Shown here piece after piece: positions 1 through 13,134 of a DNA stretch of 64,000 bases. Source of the stretch: Leucoraja ocellata. Its lineage: Eukaryota. Each line of letters opens with the position of its first letter. The stretch's first letter is position 1. The DNA is taken from NCBI GenBank assembly GCA_036785375.1, contig JAWMAR010000070.1, forward strand, positions 7,130,001 to 7,194,000, given 5' to 3'. The notes beneath the pieces were generated by a model. That model searched no databases and had not been told where the DNA came from. It saw only the letters and a list, made by a program, of their open reading frames with translations. The position numbers were made by a program, and so were the translations under genes.

Positions 1-3000
1 GAAAAAAACTGGGGTCTCGGTTAGCGGGTCTGCTTCGTTGAGACACTTGGGTCGTATATTAAAGAGTTAAAAAAGTCAGCCAAATTGAGAAACTGGGGTC
101 TCATTTAGTGGGTCGGCCTGGTTGATATATTTGGAACGATTCGGAATTAAGAAGTCTGTTTTCTCTCTCTCTCTTTCTATCTATCTATGGGGAATGCTAT
201 TGATACCGGTCCTATATATGTGTTATTTGAATCCTATGTATAATAAGAAATTTAGAATGTTAAGTTACAAGTTGACCAAATGGTTAGGGGATGAAGCCTG
301 GCCAGTAGGGGGCACATGGAATGTTGAGACAATTAAATAAGCAGAGGTGTTGATATGGGAAAGGAAGACAGGAAAGAAATGGAAGAAAGGAATTAAAACA
401 TGGAAATCAGGAACAGAGGAGAAGCATGAGGAGAGTAGAGTTCGAAGTTGGATGGATACTACATGTAAGAAGGGGATAGAGTAGGTATGTTACAAAACTT
501 ACCTGAATCGTCAATGAGAATCTGCCATCAGGCCGTGTGCGTGATTTTGGCGCTGTTTAGAGGAGACAGGTTTAAAACGAGATTTTTACTAGGCTGTTGC
601 AATCGAAAATGTTCAGCCTAGTAAATCATTAACGGAGAATCGCTGGGGGACCCCGTCGCAAAGGGTGTTATTGGTTTTTATGGCCTTGTATGGTGGTTGT
701 AGTAGTTTGGAGGTCACTCTCTAGATCCGCGACCTCTCGCAGGCCCAGGGTTTTATAAAGCAAACAATTAAAGGTATGTACCTTATTTTCACATTAAAAG
801 GGGCTTCTTAAGAACCTTAAAGTTTTCTATAGCGAGTAGCTCATTTTGGGCTTTTTATATCCCGCAGTATTTTTCTGGGCATTTGAGGGCACAAATCCAG
901 CGCAATGTGAACGTTCTAAACCAGCGCATTCACAGGAACCCACTAGAAAGCAGATTTAAAATAGACTTTAATTTACAGCAATTGAACACTAAATTCCTTC
1001 CATTTGGCCTATAAATTGATGTAAATGAGATTTAAAAATCATGTTTTATTGTGAATTATTTGTGACTATTATTTGGACACTTAGGCTATTTAAAAATGTT
1101 AATCATTTATTAAGAAATGGATAGATGTTTGGATCTAGTAATTGAAGTTTGAAATTAGCTACAATTGGGTAACTAACTAATTATATGCTTTAATTTCAGG
1201 TCATCCAAGTAAGATTATTTTATATTTGTTTCAGAATGCTTCAATCTATGATAACTGAAAATTTCATTCAGTTCTCTTAATTTTTAAGAAGGTTATGGGC
1301 TTTTGACTGTCCATGATCACAGTTTTTTTGTTATGTCCATAGAAAATCAATAGGGAACAAGATGCTAATTCCCGAGTATGAAAATGGCCATAATTCTTTT
1401 ATTACTTGAGATATGAAAGTGAATTAGGTGTCAAATTAAACTTATTGTTATGCTTTATCTGATGGGATAAATTGCAGACTTGATTTTTTAAATCTCACAA
1501 TTTTGTAACATTGCTAGATAGAGTTAAGAAACAAGGATAGCACTCGGAAAGGATGGAAATTAGTGCAACTAGAATGCCAGTGGGCAGAGGAACAAGAGAA
1601 TAGAATTAAAAGACAGACAGGAGGTGAGAAACAAGTGATGGTTCGTAAAAAATAAACCCAGTACTGGTAAATCCTCTGGAGGAGACTTCATGTCTGGCAC
1701 GACAACCCTATTTGGTAATGAAGATGAGGAGTTAGATAATCTTGAGAGATGTCTACCAGTAGCAATGGCATCTTTACCTGGGACAGTTCCGTCAGTAACA
1801 TCCCTATAACTTGAAGTTCTGACATTACAAAGCTCCCCAGGATTGGGAGCACGGGAATCCCTTTCTGTGTGTAATTTGTTAAGGCATTGATGCTACCAGA
1901 ACAGCTGGTCATTATTAAATGTACTGCACACACTGGTGCTGGGGACCCTATAGCAAAAGGCAATGAGTTGCCGATAGTGTATCCAAACAGGCAGCCTGTA
2001 CATCCAAATGCATAGTGACAGCAGCTAAACAGATGCTAGCAAATAGAACGGTCCTGCCAAACATGAGGGAGGTATGTACATTACAGAGGGACGCCTCTTA
2101 TATATAAAATAATTATGGAAACAAGAGGGCTGTGCCATTAATTCAGCACACCCCGCTTGGACAAGTTGGTGTATACGATACATTTTTACCCGTCTTACCC
2201 ATGCTGGTAAGGAGGGAATGATAGGATAACAAAGGAAATGTGGTGGCACAACAGAAAATTTGATAAGAGGCACTGAAGCAGGCCTCTGAATGTAAAATTT
2301 GCCAATGAAATAATCCAGGCAAACCAATTAGGATACCCTCAGGGGTGACGCCAATGCCATCATGATCGTTTGAATGCATACAGATTGATTTTATTGAGAT
2401 GCCAAGGGCCCAGTGTTATAAATATTGCGTATTGATTTTAGATTTATTTAGTAGGTGGAGTGAAGCTCTACCAACCACCAATAATAAGGAAAATGTGCAC
2501 ATTTTAATATCTGACAGAAATTCACTGTACACACCACCCACTGGTATCTGGGATGGTGGAAAGAGTCAATGGGGATTGCAAAACAAAATTACCCCGGAGG
2601 TAAATCCTTTTCCTGACAAGCAACTATGTTATAAAAATTGGGGATGAAGGAAAATTCAATGGAGAAATGAGGATAGGATAGGGAGACTGAATAGTCAAGG
2701 GCAGTCTGACTAATCATGATCTGGATCAATGTCCAATTAGGGTTAGGTGACCAGGATTTTGGTCAACAGAAGTCTTGTCAGAAAAAGGGAAAGTAAATTA
2801 CAAAGAGATGTCTTTGAAGATGAAATATTATATACTGCTGGTAAAACAATGTTTTTGTATATGTACTGCTTGTAAAACAATGTTTTTTGTATGTGGAATG
2901 TGTGAAATTCGAAGCAATGAGCAAAGTTGTGTGTCGCTTTAAATAGTTTGTCCTTTAAAATGCAAATAGACAAAGTTTATGGTGTGCTCAGTTAAAGAAA

Positions 3001-5151
3001 CAGGCATGAATGGGGGGGTGGAGCTATACTCGATGATAAAATGTGTTGGTTGATTATAAATCTTTTAAACCAAGTTTAAAAAAAAAGACTCATCCCGATT
3101 AAAGTGTTAAATGAGATTGGAAATGTCAAAATTACAGAGAAAAGAAAATGTATTATTGATTACTGATTCTGAATGAGTTTTTTTGGGAAAGATTGTTTTG
3201 ATATGATAACAGAGGTTGTCTTTTAAAATGTAAATGAAGCAAGATTACTGTTTTCAAGCAAACAAAAAGATGTTGCTGTAGCATGTGCTGTGTGAGTGAA
3301 ATGAAGGTAGATGAAAAATTGTTTTATGACTTAAAAAAGGGGGTTTGAGGGAACTCACAATGAGGGATGAAAGGTGAGAAGATAAAGTAGATTGGGGAAG
3401 AGAACATATTTGGAGAATTGAATATTTAGGTGGGGAGAGCCTCTTTGGATATAATCGGATTAAAGGATAAATTCACAGGGAAGTGTTAAGAAGGGACTGG
3501 AGATACTGGAGGATCAAAGGGGGACAAAAGTGCTGGAGAAACAGCTGGTGAACAAGATTCACAACTTTTTATTGATACAGGAAAAGCTGCTCTGTCCACC
3601 CCCTGGAGAGTGGGGGAAAGCCACCTACAGGCCCTGGGCAATTAACTAATTATGTATGGTCGGCAATTAACCCATGTCTTGCCAGATCTACATTCCCAGG
3701 TTGGAGGAGTTTTTGCTGGAAACCAGTGACCAAGGCCATAAAGGCTATACGATGGGGGTGCTGGGACAAGAAGAAATTGAGACTGTTGAAAGAAACAACC
3801 AAGTGTTGCTAACAACATGAACTGCTGTAAAGATGAAAGATCATCGTCGCTGGATACATTTGATTGACTGTGAACAGTTTGTGGAAACAAGGACGATGGG
3901 CTATTGATGCTCCCTTTATTCTGGGGTAGCCCAGCCCACATGGACTGAACTTTCTTCAGAATGGCAAACTTGCAGACTAACCTACATTTAAAGGATGGTA
4001 CACACCTCCTTTTAAAAAAGATTGAAGTCAAACATGACAAGCGCAGCAAAGATACCCTGACTACGGACAGTAAGAGGTCTGCAAAGGCCAGTTAAATCTA
4101 CCTGTTTTTGCCACAACCAAGGCACTGGTGTATATTAAGGAAACAGTATATTTGTGACAGGGCATTGTTATGTTGCAAATGCAGTGCCACACAAGAGAAG
4201 CATGAACCAGTTACACCAGCACACAGGGAATTCCAAATGAAGCCGAATAAAGGCTGAGCAATTTTTATGAACCTTTTCCTGTCCTATGGTAGTATCTTAG
4301 TGTCACATCCGGGGGAGGTTGGTGGCCATTTAAAATGTTTGGAGGGACTTGTGAAACGATTGTCCACTATGAATTGATTGTGCTACTAGTGTACTATTAA
4401 TTTGTCTGATGAGATGCTTATGGTCTTTCGTATGTACTCAGGAAGGACTGCAGTTGTTATCAAAATTTTGATAAAAGGATGGAATGATGAAGCCGAATTT
4501 TAGTTAAAAATATAAGAAGATATTAAATTGGCTTCTGGGCTAGCTTACAGCTTATATTTAGTGTCAAATTAAACTTTCCTCAGGTTGCGGGGTGTGTGAG
4601 ATAACATTGTCTCCCAAGTGAAGGAGCTAGAGAGATATCTTTGAAAGTAAGATGCCATAAACCAAATGACCAATGTTTATGGGGGAGGAGGCAATAAAGG
4701 AAGAGAGAAATAAACAGTCACATCTTTGTAAACAAATGACCTATGTTTATGAGGGACCAAATGACAGAGGAAGCAGCGAAAAGAGCTAGGGTGGTCTATT
4801 TGGAGATAAGGCAAATGGCCAATGTTTTTAGTATATCTTGTACCATGTAAAAAAAAGGTTTGATGTGATGCATTCTGTGGAAACCTTTTCCAGTACCTCT
4901 GACCATGACTAATGTCTGTGGAATGTGATAAGGGGACAAAAAAACCCTATTTAAGGCAATGTAATTCTGTTGTTAAGGGGAGGTGGCTGAGCACAGTCAA
5001 GTGTCTGTGTTGGTCACTTGACTGGAGTTCTCGCTCCCTTCCATCGGCTGATGTTAAGTAAAGTTTTGAACTGGTCTACCAAACAGTTTGTGTGGTGTCT
5101 GTTTATTAAGAAGCGAACCTGGTTTAGTAGTTAAGATAAGTAGCTTTTTCA
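1..5151 (+). mobile_element. Defective class I ERV, copy 1 (5' part lies outside the window; 3' LTR 4485-5151)
   Basis: Decayed RNase H remnant (IKCTAHTG...KGNE, ~1910-1970) and integrase remnant (QIDFIEMP...LDLFSRWSEALPT, ~2380-2480). Purine tract AAAAGGATGGAA, LTR TGATGAAG...TTTTCA, then GTGT. Confidence 0.8.
482..1516. mobile_element. Non-autonomous TIR DNA transposon (hAT-like MITE) nested in the ERV
   Basis: Imperfect TIR TAGGTATGTTACAAAA / TTTTGTAACATTGCTA, flanking direct repeat GATAGAG(T) of 7-8 bp, AT-rich non-coding interior. Confidence 0.65.
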
Positions 5152-5307
5152 GTGTGGTCTATAGATATTGATGACTTCAGTGGAACAAGATGTAAAGAAG
5201 GTGTTTATCCCTCGATCAGCGCATTGAAATCCCTCCTCAACATTAACAGTTCGGAACAATTATTATTTGCATCCCAAGTCAAACTGAACTGCCCTCATTT
5301 GTGTTTA

Positions 5308-5540
5308 AGAAGGAACTGCAGATGCTGGAAAATCGAAGGTAGACAAAAGTGCTGGAGAAACTCAGCGGGTGCAGCAACATCTATGGAGCAAAGGAAATAG
5401 GCAACGTTTTAGGACGAAACCCTTCCGGGTTTGGCCCGAAACGTTGCCTATTTCCAGAAGGGTTTTGGGACGAAATGTTGCCTATTTCCTTTGCTCTATA
5501 GATGCTGCTGCACCCGCTGAGTTTCTCCAGCATTTTTGTC
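5308..5540. repeat. Palindromic dispersed repeat (Penelope-like terminal-repeat derivative); also ~6650-6895, 11416-11530, 37244-37305, 37860-37957 and duplicates
   Basis: AAATGCTGGAGAAACTCAGCGGGTGCAGCAGCATCTATGGAG...GAAACCC followed by its reverse complement. The family assignment is from memory only. Confidence 0.55.
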
Positions 5541-7139
5541 TTCTCTTACTTGTTCCAATCCAGAATATTTTAACAGGTCTGAGCAGCAAAGATGTGCCAT
5601 GGAGTTGCCTTTAGCTGAGTTGAGTCGAGTTGACTTGAGTTTAGTTCAGATTTGTTTAGATTTATACAATGGTATATGGACACACTGATCTGTTCTGTAT
5701 TTGTGCCTACTATGTTCTGTTGTGCTGAAGCAAAGCAAGAATTTCATTGTCCTATCAGGGACACATGACAATAATCTCTCTTGAACACTTGAACTTGAGT
5801 GATCACCCGTACACTAGTTCTAACCTACACACAAGGGACAATTTACTGAAGCCAATTAACCTACAAACCCGCACGTCTTTGACATCTGTGAGGAAACTGT
5901 AGCACCTGGGAGAAACCCTCACGGTCATAGGGAAAAAGTACAACCACCGTACAGACAGTACCTACAGTCAGCATTGAACCCGGGTCACTAGCGCTGTACA
6001 GCAGCAAGTCTACTGCTGTATCACTGAGCCTCCCTTACATTGGCCTCTTGCACAGTTGCAGCAGCTGATTAGAGTCCAGTTTTGACCCTTGTTGGGATTG
6101 TGCAGAAACATAGAAAATTGGTGCAGGAGGAGGCCATTCGGCCCCTCGATCCAGCAGCGCCATTCAATATGATCATGGCTGAACATCCTAAATCACTACC
6201 ACTTTCCTGCTTTCTCCCCATATCCCTTGATTCCGTTAGCACTAAGAGCTTAATCTAACTCTCTCTTGAAAACATCCAGTGAATTGGCCTCCACTGCCTT
6301 CTGTGGCAGAGAATTCCACAGATTCACAATTCTCTGGGTGAAAATGTTTTTTTCATCTCAGTCCTAAATGGCCGACACCTTATTCTTAAACTGTGTGACC
6401 ACTGGTTCTGGACTCCCCCAACATCGGGAATATTTTTCCTGCACCTATCTAGTCTGTCCGATCCCTTAAGAATTTTATATGTTTTTATAAATATGTTCCA
6501 GTCTCATCCTAAATTCCAGTGAATACAAGCACAGTCGATCCATTCCTTCGTCATATGTCAGGGGTGGAAGATTGCAACCTTCACGAGGTCCACCCTGTTT
6601 CGACTAATGCAATCAATTCGACGTGCACAAACGGAAGATCAAATAGAACAAAGGTAGACAAAAATGCTGGAGAGACTCAGCGGGTGCAGCAGCATCTATG
6701 TAGCAAAGGAAATAGGCAATGTTTCGGAACGAAACCCTTCTGGAAATAGGCAACGTTTCAAGCCAAAACCCGGAAGGGTTTCGGCCCGAAACGTTGCCTA
6801 TTTCCTTCGCTCCATAGATGCTGCTGCACCCGCTGAGTTTCTCCAGGATTTTTGTGTACCTTCGATTTTCCAGTATCTGCAGTTTCTTCTTCAACATCAA
6901 ATAGAACAAGTTGTCCTACAACTTTAGGCTGTGCACGCCACACGAAAGAAGAAGTTGACATGTCAGTCCCGCCATCCCGGGTATTAACCTGGTGAACCTA
7001 CGTTGCACTCCCTCAATAGCAATAATGCCCTTCCTCAAGATGACAGTGAAGGGCCGCCACTACACAGACACCCAGTAGACCTGATAGAATGATATAAAAT
7101 TATGAGAGGCGTAGATAGCTGAGATAACCTGAAGCAATT

Positions 7140-7660
7140 TCCCGAAGGCTTTGGAGACGGTGCAGAAACGGTTCCCCAGAATGATGTCGGGATCGGAGGT
7201 TGTTAGTTATATGGACAGGTTGGATAATCTTGGATTGGTTTCTCTAGAACTTCAGATGTTGAGCGGAGACCTGACAGAAGGTAATAAAATTCTTAAGGGG
7301 TTGGACAGGCTAGATGCAGGAACGTTGTTCCCGATGTTGGGGAAGTCCAGAACAAGGGGTCACAGTTTAAGGATAAGGGGGAAATCTTTTAGGACCGAGA
7401 TGAGAAAAACATTTTTCACACAGAGAGTGGTGAATCTGTGGAATTCTCTGCCGCAGAAGGTAGTTGAGGCCACAGTTCATTGGCTTTTTTTAGGAGGGAG
7501 ATAGATGTGGCCCTTGTGGCTAAAGGGATCAGGGGGTATGGAGCGAAGGCAGATACAGGATACTGAGTTGGATGATCAGCCATGATCATATTGAATGGCG
7601 GTGCAGGCTCGAAGGGCCGAATGGTCAACTCCTGCACCTATTGTCTATTGTCTATTGAGA
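7140..7660 (+). mobile_element. CR1 3' fragments (paralogues at ~11775-12300, ~55935-56450, ~60570-61090; related piece ~44274-44663)
   Basis: LKGLDRLDAG...SRTRGHSLRIRG...FFTQRVVNLWNSLP followed by the CR1 3' UTR. Confidence 0.8.
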
Positions 7661-9093
7661 TAGGAAACATTTAAAGATGTGCGAAGCACAGAGGGTGGTG
7701 GGTGCCTGGAACACGATGCTGTGGGTGGTGGAGGCAGATACAATAGTTCAGAGTCTTTATCTAAAAAATCTCATGGATATGCAGGGAATTGAGATTATGG
7801 ATCAGGTGCAGGCAGAGGAGATTAGCTGAACTTGGCAGCATGTTCAGCACGGACCTTGTGGGCCGAAGGGCCTGTTCCTGTGCTGTTCCATGTTCTATGT
7901 TACATCATCTTCTCAATCACATCTTGAGAAGAACATTTTCCAGAGGTGCCCTGGTACCACCAGTGTGACATTCATTGTATCTGCTGCAGTCAATGAGTGT
8001 GTTGTGTAGACAGCCAGAGGAGAAGATGGGATTTATGTGCAGTTTCATTTTGTAATCATTATTTATTTAATGTCATAGTGTAATAGAGTCATAGAGTGAT
8101 ACAGCGTGGAAACAGGCCCTTCGGCCCAACTTGCCCACACTGGCCAACATGTCCCAGCTACACTAGTCTCACCTGCCTGTGTTTGGTCCATATCCCTCCA
8201 AACCTGTCCTCTCCATGTACATGACTCACTGTTTCTTAAACATTGGGATCTAAATGTTGCCTCACCAACGCAAGATGACCTCCCAACCTCTATACTCCAT
8301 ACTGTGACTGATGAAGGCCAAAGTACCAAAAGCCATTTTGACCACCGTATCTATCAACTGCATCTTCAAGGAACCATGTACCTTCACTCATAGATCCCTC
8401 TGCTATACAACATTCCCCAGAGCTGGACTATTCACTGTGTAGGTCCTGCACATGTTAGAAACATAGAAACATAGAAACTAGGTGCAGGAGTAGGCCATTC
8501 AGCCCTTCGAGCCTGCACCGCCATTCAATATGATCATGGCTGATCATCCAACACAGTTTCCAGTACTTGCCTTCTCTCCATACCCTCTGATCCCCTTAGC
8601 CACAAGGGCCACATCTAACTCCCTCTTCAATATAGCCATTGAATTGGCCTCGACTACCCTCTGGTTACCCTCTCCCCAAGACTCCCCAAAACACAACACC
8701 TCACATTACTCTGTATTAAATTCCATCAACCGTTCCTCAGCCCAACTGGCCAATATTTCAGGATCCTGCTGCAATTTTTCACAACCATCTCCACTATCTG
8801 CAAAACCGCCTACTTTAGTGTCATAGAAACATAGAAAATAGGTGCAGGAGTAGAGGCCATTCGGCCCTTCAAGCCTGCACCGCTATTCAATATGATCATG
8901 GCTGATCATCCAACTCAGTATCCTGTACCAGCCTTCTCTCCATACCCCCTGATCCCTTTAGCCACAAGGGCCACATCTAACTCCCTCTTAAATATAGTCA
9001 TCTGCCTTTACTTCTGTTCCTGTTCTCAACATTTTCCACATGTTGTTCCGTCCCCGTGTGGTCATGGACAATGTTGGACACAGCTCATAGAAG

Positions 9094-9199
9094 CCGGCGA
9101 TGTTGCCCGTAGTGAGCAAGAGTTGCACAAAGTTCACACCCAACTCAATGCTGGCGTACAAAGAATCACTCACACCGGCTGTCTTCAAGAGAGTTTATT
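9094..9199 (-). terminator. Poly(A) signal AATAAA (9194-9199) plus conserved GT-rich downstream element of A1 (also 41168-41173 for A2 and 57987-57992 for A1')
   Basis: AATAAA followed by TGAAGACAGCCGGTGTGAGTGATTCTTTGT..., a block shared with the type B genes. Confidence 0.55.
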
Positions 9200-9633
9200 T
9201 CCATTAATGATACATTTACCAATGCAAGCACGATCTGTCCCATTGCACTACATTTGCCCCATATCCCCCTAAACCTTTCCCTGTCCCAAGTGTGTATTAA
9301 ATATTGTTACAATTCCCACCCCACCAGACAGTTCTATAAACCCACCGCCCCCTGAGTGAAAATGTTGCCCCTCAGGTTCCTATTAAATCTTGCCCCTCTA
9401 ACCTTAAACTTATGTCCCCCTGGTTCTTGATTCCCGTACCCCAGGTAAAAGATGTTTTGTGTTCACCCCTCTATTCCCCTCATGATGAATTAAGTGACTA
9501 CAATATAGAATGCTGTTGTTGGCCTAAGTATGTGAAGTTTATAATGATGGATGTTACTGTGTGTTTGTGCTGTCCTGCCACTGTCTGTTGCTTCTGTGAC
9601 ATGGGGGGGCCTGTGCTGGGTCAGTGTGAGGTT

Positions 9634-10146
9634 TCACATCACTGTCAGCTTGATATTTAGTCTACATTCCTCTTTGCCAGTGAACCAAGCGCAGGAATAC
9701 ATCCCAACATCACTCTTCTGTAAACCCGTGATGACCAACGAGGCATCCCGTGTCCCATCCACGTTTGTTTCCTTGAACGACCAGCGGCCGGCCCCCCCTG
9801 GATAGGTCGCACCTTTCCCTTTAGTAAACACGGCCAATGTCCCCTTCCCTTTACTCCAGGTGACAGCAAAGTTGCTGGGTCCATCCTTCCCTGTGGGTAC
9901 TTTACAGGGTAGCGTAGCAGAACCACCCTTTGCCGTCACATCCGTGTATTTCATCTTGTTCGCAGCTGGCCTAGCACCGCATTCTGGAGTATCTTGTTTG
10001 TTGACTTGTCGAGGCTCCCGTGCGTTCCACCCGGGCAAGTTTGCTTCCTCTCCCCATTCTCTGGAGATCGGACCTGTTCCAGTTGCGGAGACTTGCCACA
10101 CCATCTCCACAAGGACCATGAATCCTATCCATCTCTGCAGTCCCAT
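9634..10146 (-). CDS. Secreted single V-set Ig-domain protein, type A copy 1 (170 aa, single coding exon)
   Basis: ATG at 10146 follows a polypyrimidine-CAG acceptor. Hydrophobic leader MGLQRWIGFMVLVEMVWQVSA, pro-segment ending NAREPR/QV, and V-set motifs GGSATLPC, VTWSK, DASLVITGLQKSDVGMYSC and CRLNIKLTV. A stop follows directly, with no TM. Confidence 0.85.
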   Translation of the reverse strand: MGLQRWIGFMVLVEMVWQVSATGTGPISREWGEEANLPGWNAREPRQVNKQDTPECGARPAANKMKYTDVTAKGGSATLPCKVPTGKDGPSNFAVTWSKGKGTLAVFTKGKGATYPGGAGRWSFKETNVDGTRDASLVITGLQKSDVGMYSCAWFTGKEECRLNIKLTVM

Positions 10147-10795
10147 GTTCCTGTGGGTGAAACAATGGGTCACCTTATTGCAACTCAGTAGGATTCATGA
10201 TGACATTCCCTGAACCCGCCCAGAGTTGGGGAATCGAGAACCAGAGGACATCGGTTTAAGGCGAGGGGGGGGGGGAAAGATTTAATGGGAAACTGAGGGG
10301 TGACTTTTTTACACAAAGGGTGGAGGGTGTTTGGAACGAGCTGCCGGAAGAGGTAGTTGGGGCAGGTACTATCACAATGATTAAGAAACAGTTAGACAGG
10401 TACATTGATAGGACAGGATTAGAGGGGTAAGGGCCAAACGCAGGCAGGTGGGTCTAGTATTGATGGGACACGTTGGTGGGCGTGGGCAAGTTGGGCCGAA
10501 GGTCTCGCTGTGACTCTATGACTCCATCACTTGTCCCACCCCGGTCATTCCTCCTTCTCCCTGGTCCTGTCTAGCAGAAGGTACAGAAGCTTGAAAGCGC
10601 GCACCACCAGACTCAGGAACAGCTTCTTCCCCTCTGCTATCAGGCTTCTGAACTGGGGGAACAGTGAACAGAGACAATCCCACCCCCATCACTCACAGAC
10701 ACTTGAAGGATCCACAGGGTTGGTTACCAGCTCCGGAGTCTCCACACAGGGTGACGGGGTCGGTCTTGTTCTCATCCCCTGCCATCGCTCGCTCC

Positions 10796-10872
10796 TTTTA
10801 TACCGACTCCCGGCTTCTCCTGCCCCTCATTGTCTGTCCTCACGTACATTCAACCAATCACTGCCTCCCACG
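10796..10872 (-). promoter_or_regulatory. Promoter of gene A1: ERSE (10854-10872) and TATA box (10796-10802)
   Basis: CCAATcactgcctcCCACG on the + strand. TATAAAA on the - strand, ~650 bp upstream of the ATG. Confidence 0.6.
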
Positions 10873-13027
10873 GAGCATTGGCCGGAGTCAGCCGCGACCT
10901 CTCCACCCTCTGCCAAACGTGTCGTTGCATCAGCCGTTAACGTTTAACAAGAACAACGTCATCCCAGCTGCCAGCGGCCAACCAGGCGCCCCACACATCC
11001 TGCTTGTGTCTCCACCACGTCTCGCTTTGGCCACCCATCGGACCAGATGTCCCAGCCACGCCACGTCACCACCACAGCCCTTGGCACCTGCGCTGGTTCC
11101 ACAGTTTATACTCAATCTGAGCCGGCAGCTGGGATGGCGTTGGATCAATTCTTCCTTCCCAACAACCATCAGGCTGTTGAACACGACACGACACTGAGGT
11201 CAACGATGAACGTCTATGGAATGTCCAAGGTTGCACTAATGCCCCTGTCCCACTTAGGAAACCTGAACGGAAACCTCTGGAGACTTAGCGCCCCACCCAA
11301 GGTTTCCGTGCGGTTCACGGAGGTTTTTGTCTGTCTCCCTACCTGCTTCCACTACCTGCAACCTCCGGCAACCACCTGCAACCTCCGGGAACCACCTGCA
11401 ACCTCCGGGAACCTTCGGGACGAAACGTTGCCTATTTCCTTCACTCCATAGATGCTGCTGCACCCGCTGAGTTTCTCCAGCATTTTTGTGTACCTTCGAT
11501 TTTCCAGTATCTGCAGTTTCTTCTTCAACATCAAATAGAACAAGTTGTCCTACAACTTTAGGCTGTGCACGCCACACGAAAGAAGAAGTTGACATGTCTG
11601 TCCCGCCATCCCGGGTATTAACCTGGTGAACCTACGTTGCACTCCCTCAATAGCAAGAATGCCCTTCCTCAAAATGACAGTGAAGTGCTGCCTCTACAGA
11701 GACACCCAATAGACCTGATAGAATGGTATAAAATGATGAGAGGCGTAGATAGCTGAGATAACCTGAAGCAATTTCCCGAAGGCTTTGGAGACGGTGCAGA
11801 AGCAGTTCCCCAGAATGATGTCGGGATCGGAGGTTGTTAGTTATATGGACAGGTTGGATAATCTTGGATTAGTTTCTCTAGAACTTCAGATGTTGAGCGG
11901 AGACCTGACAGAAGGTAATAAAATTCTTAAGGGGTTGGACAGGCTAGATGCAGGAACGTTGTTCCCGATGTTGGGGAAGTCCAGAACTAGGGGTCACAGT
12001 TTAAGGATAAGGGGGAAATCTTTTAGGACCGAGATGAGAAAAACATTTTTCACACAGAGAGTGGTGAATGTGGAATTCTCTGCCACAGAAGGTATTTGAG
12101 GCCAGTTCATTGGCTATATTTAAGAGGGAGTTAGATGTGGCCCTTGTGGCTAAAGGGATCAGGGGGTATGGAGAGAAGGCAGGTACTGGATACTGAGTTT
12201 GATGATCAGCCATGATCATATTGAATGGCGGTGCAGGCTCGAAGGGCCGAATGGCCTCTACTCCTGCACCTATTGTCTATTGTCTACTGTCTATTGTCTA
12301 TTGAGATAGGAAACATTTAAAGATACAAGTGGAGGTAGTTACAATAGTTCAGAGACTTTATCTAAAAAATCTCATGGTCATGCAGGGAATTGAGATTATG
12401 GATCAGGTGCAGGCAGAGGAGATTAGCTGAACTTGGCATCATGTTCAGCACGGACCATGTGGGCCGAAGGGCCTGTTCCTGTGCTGTTCCATGTTCTATG
12501 TTACATAGTCTTCTCAATCACATCTTGAGAAGAACATTTTCCAGAGGTGCCCTGGTACCACCAGTGTGACATTCATTGTATCTGCTGCAGTCAATGAGTG
12601 TGTTGTGTAGACAGCCAGAGGAGAAGATGGGATTTATGTGGAGTTTCATTTTGTAATCATTATTTATTTAATGTCATAGTGTAATAGAGTCATATAGTGA
12701 TACAGTGTGGAAACAGGCCCTTCGGCCCAACTTGCCCACACTGGCCAACATGTCCCAGCTACACTAGTCCCACCTGCCTGTGTTTGGTCCATATCCTTCT
12801 AAATCTGACCTATACCTGTTCCTGTTTAACTGTTTCTTAAACGTCGGGATAGTTTCTGCCTCAACAGCGATGAGTTGACCAGAACGAGACGTGGTGGAGA
12901 CACAAGCAGGATGTGTGGGGCGCCTGGTTGGCCGCTGGCAGCTGGGATGACGTTGTTCTTGTTAAACGTTAACGGCTGATGCAACGACACGTTTGGCAGA
13001 GGGTGGAGAGGTCGCGGCTGACTCCGG

Positions 13028-13113
13028 CCAATGCTCCGTGGGAGGCAGTGATTGGTTGAATGTACGTGAGGGCAGACAATGAGGGGCAGGAGAAGCCGGG
13101 AGTCGGTATAAAA
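13028..13113 (+). promoter_or_regulatory. Promoter of gene B1: CCAAT (13028), ERSE (13037-13055) and TATA (13107-13113)
   Basis: CGTGGgaggcagtgATTGG is the reverse of CCAAT-N9-CCACG. TATAAAA follows. Conserved in all 8 copies. Confidence 0.65.
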
Positions 13114-13134
13114 GGAGCGAGCGATGGCAGGAGA

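Noticed and set aside
3300-4480. ERV env gene
   Set aside because: Only short stop-riddled frames. No furin site, fusion peptide or CX6CC motif could be verified by eye.
8988-9660. Downstream TM or second coding exon for type A genes
   Set aside because: No convincing splice donor at the V end, an in-frame stop and a nearby poly(A) signal. The local ORFs are non-ATG or antisense UTR frames.
10531-11197. Recurrent 127-177 aa ORFs (MSHPGHSS..., MNRDNPTP...) beside each gene
   Set aside because: Non-ATG, antisense to the promoter and exon 1, partly Rex1 tail. They recur only because the cassette is duplicated.
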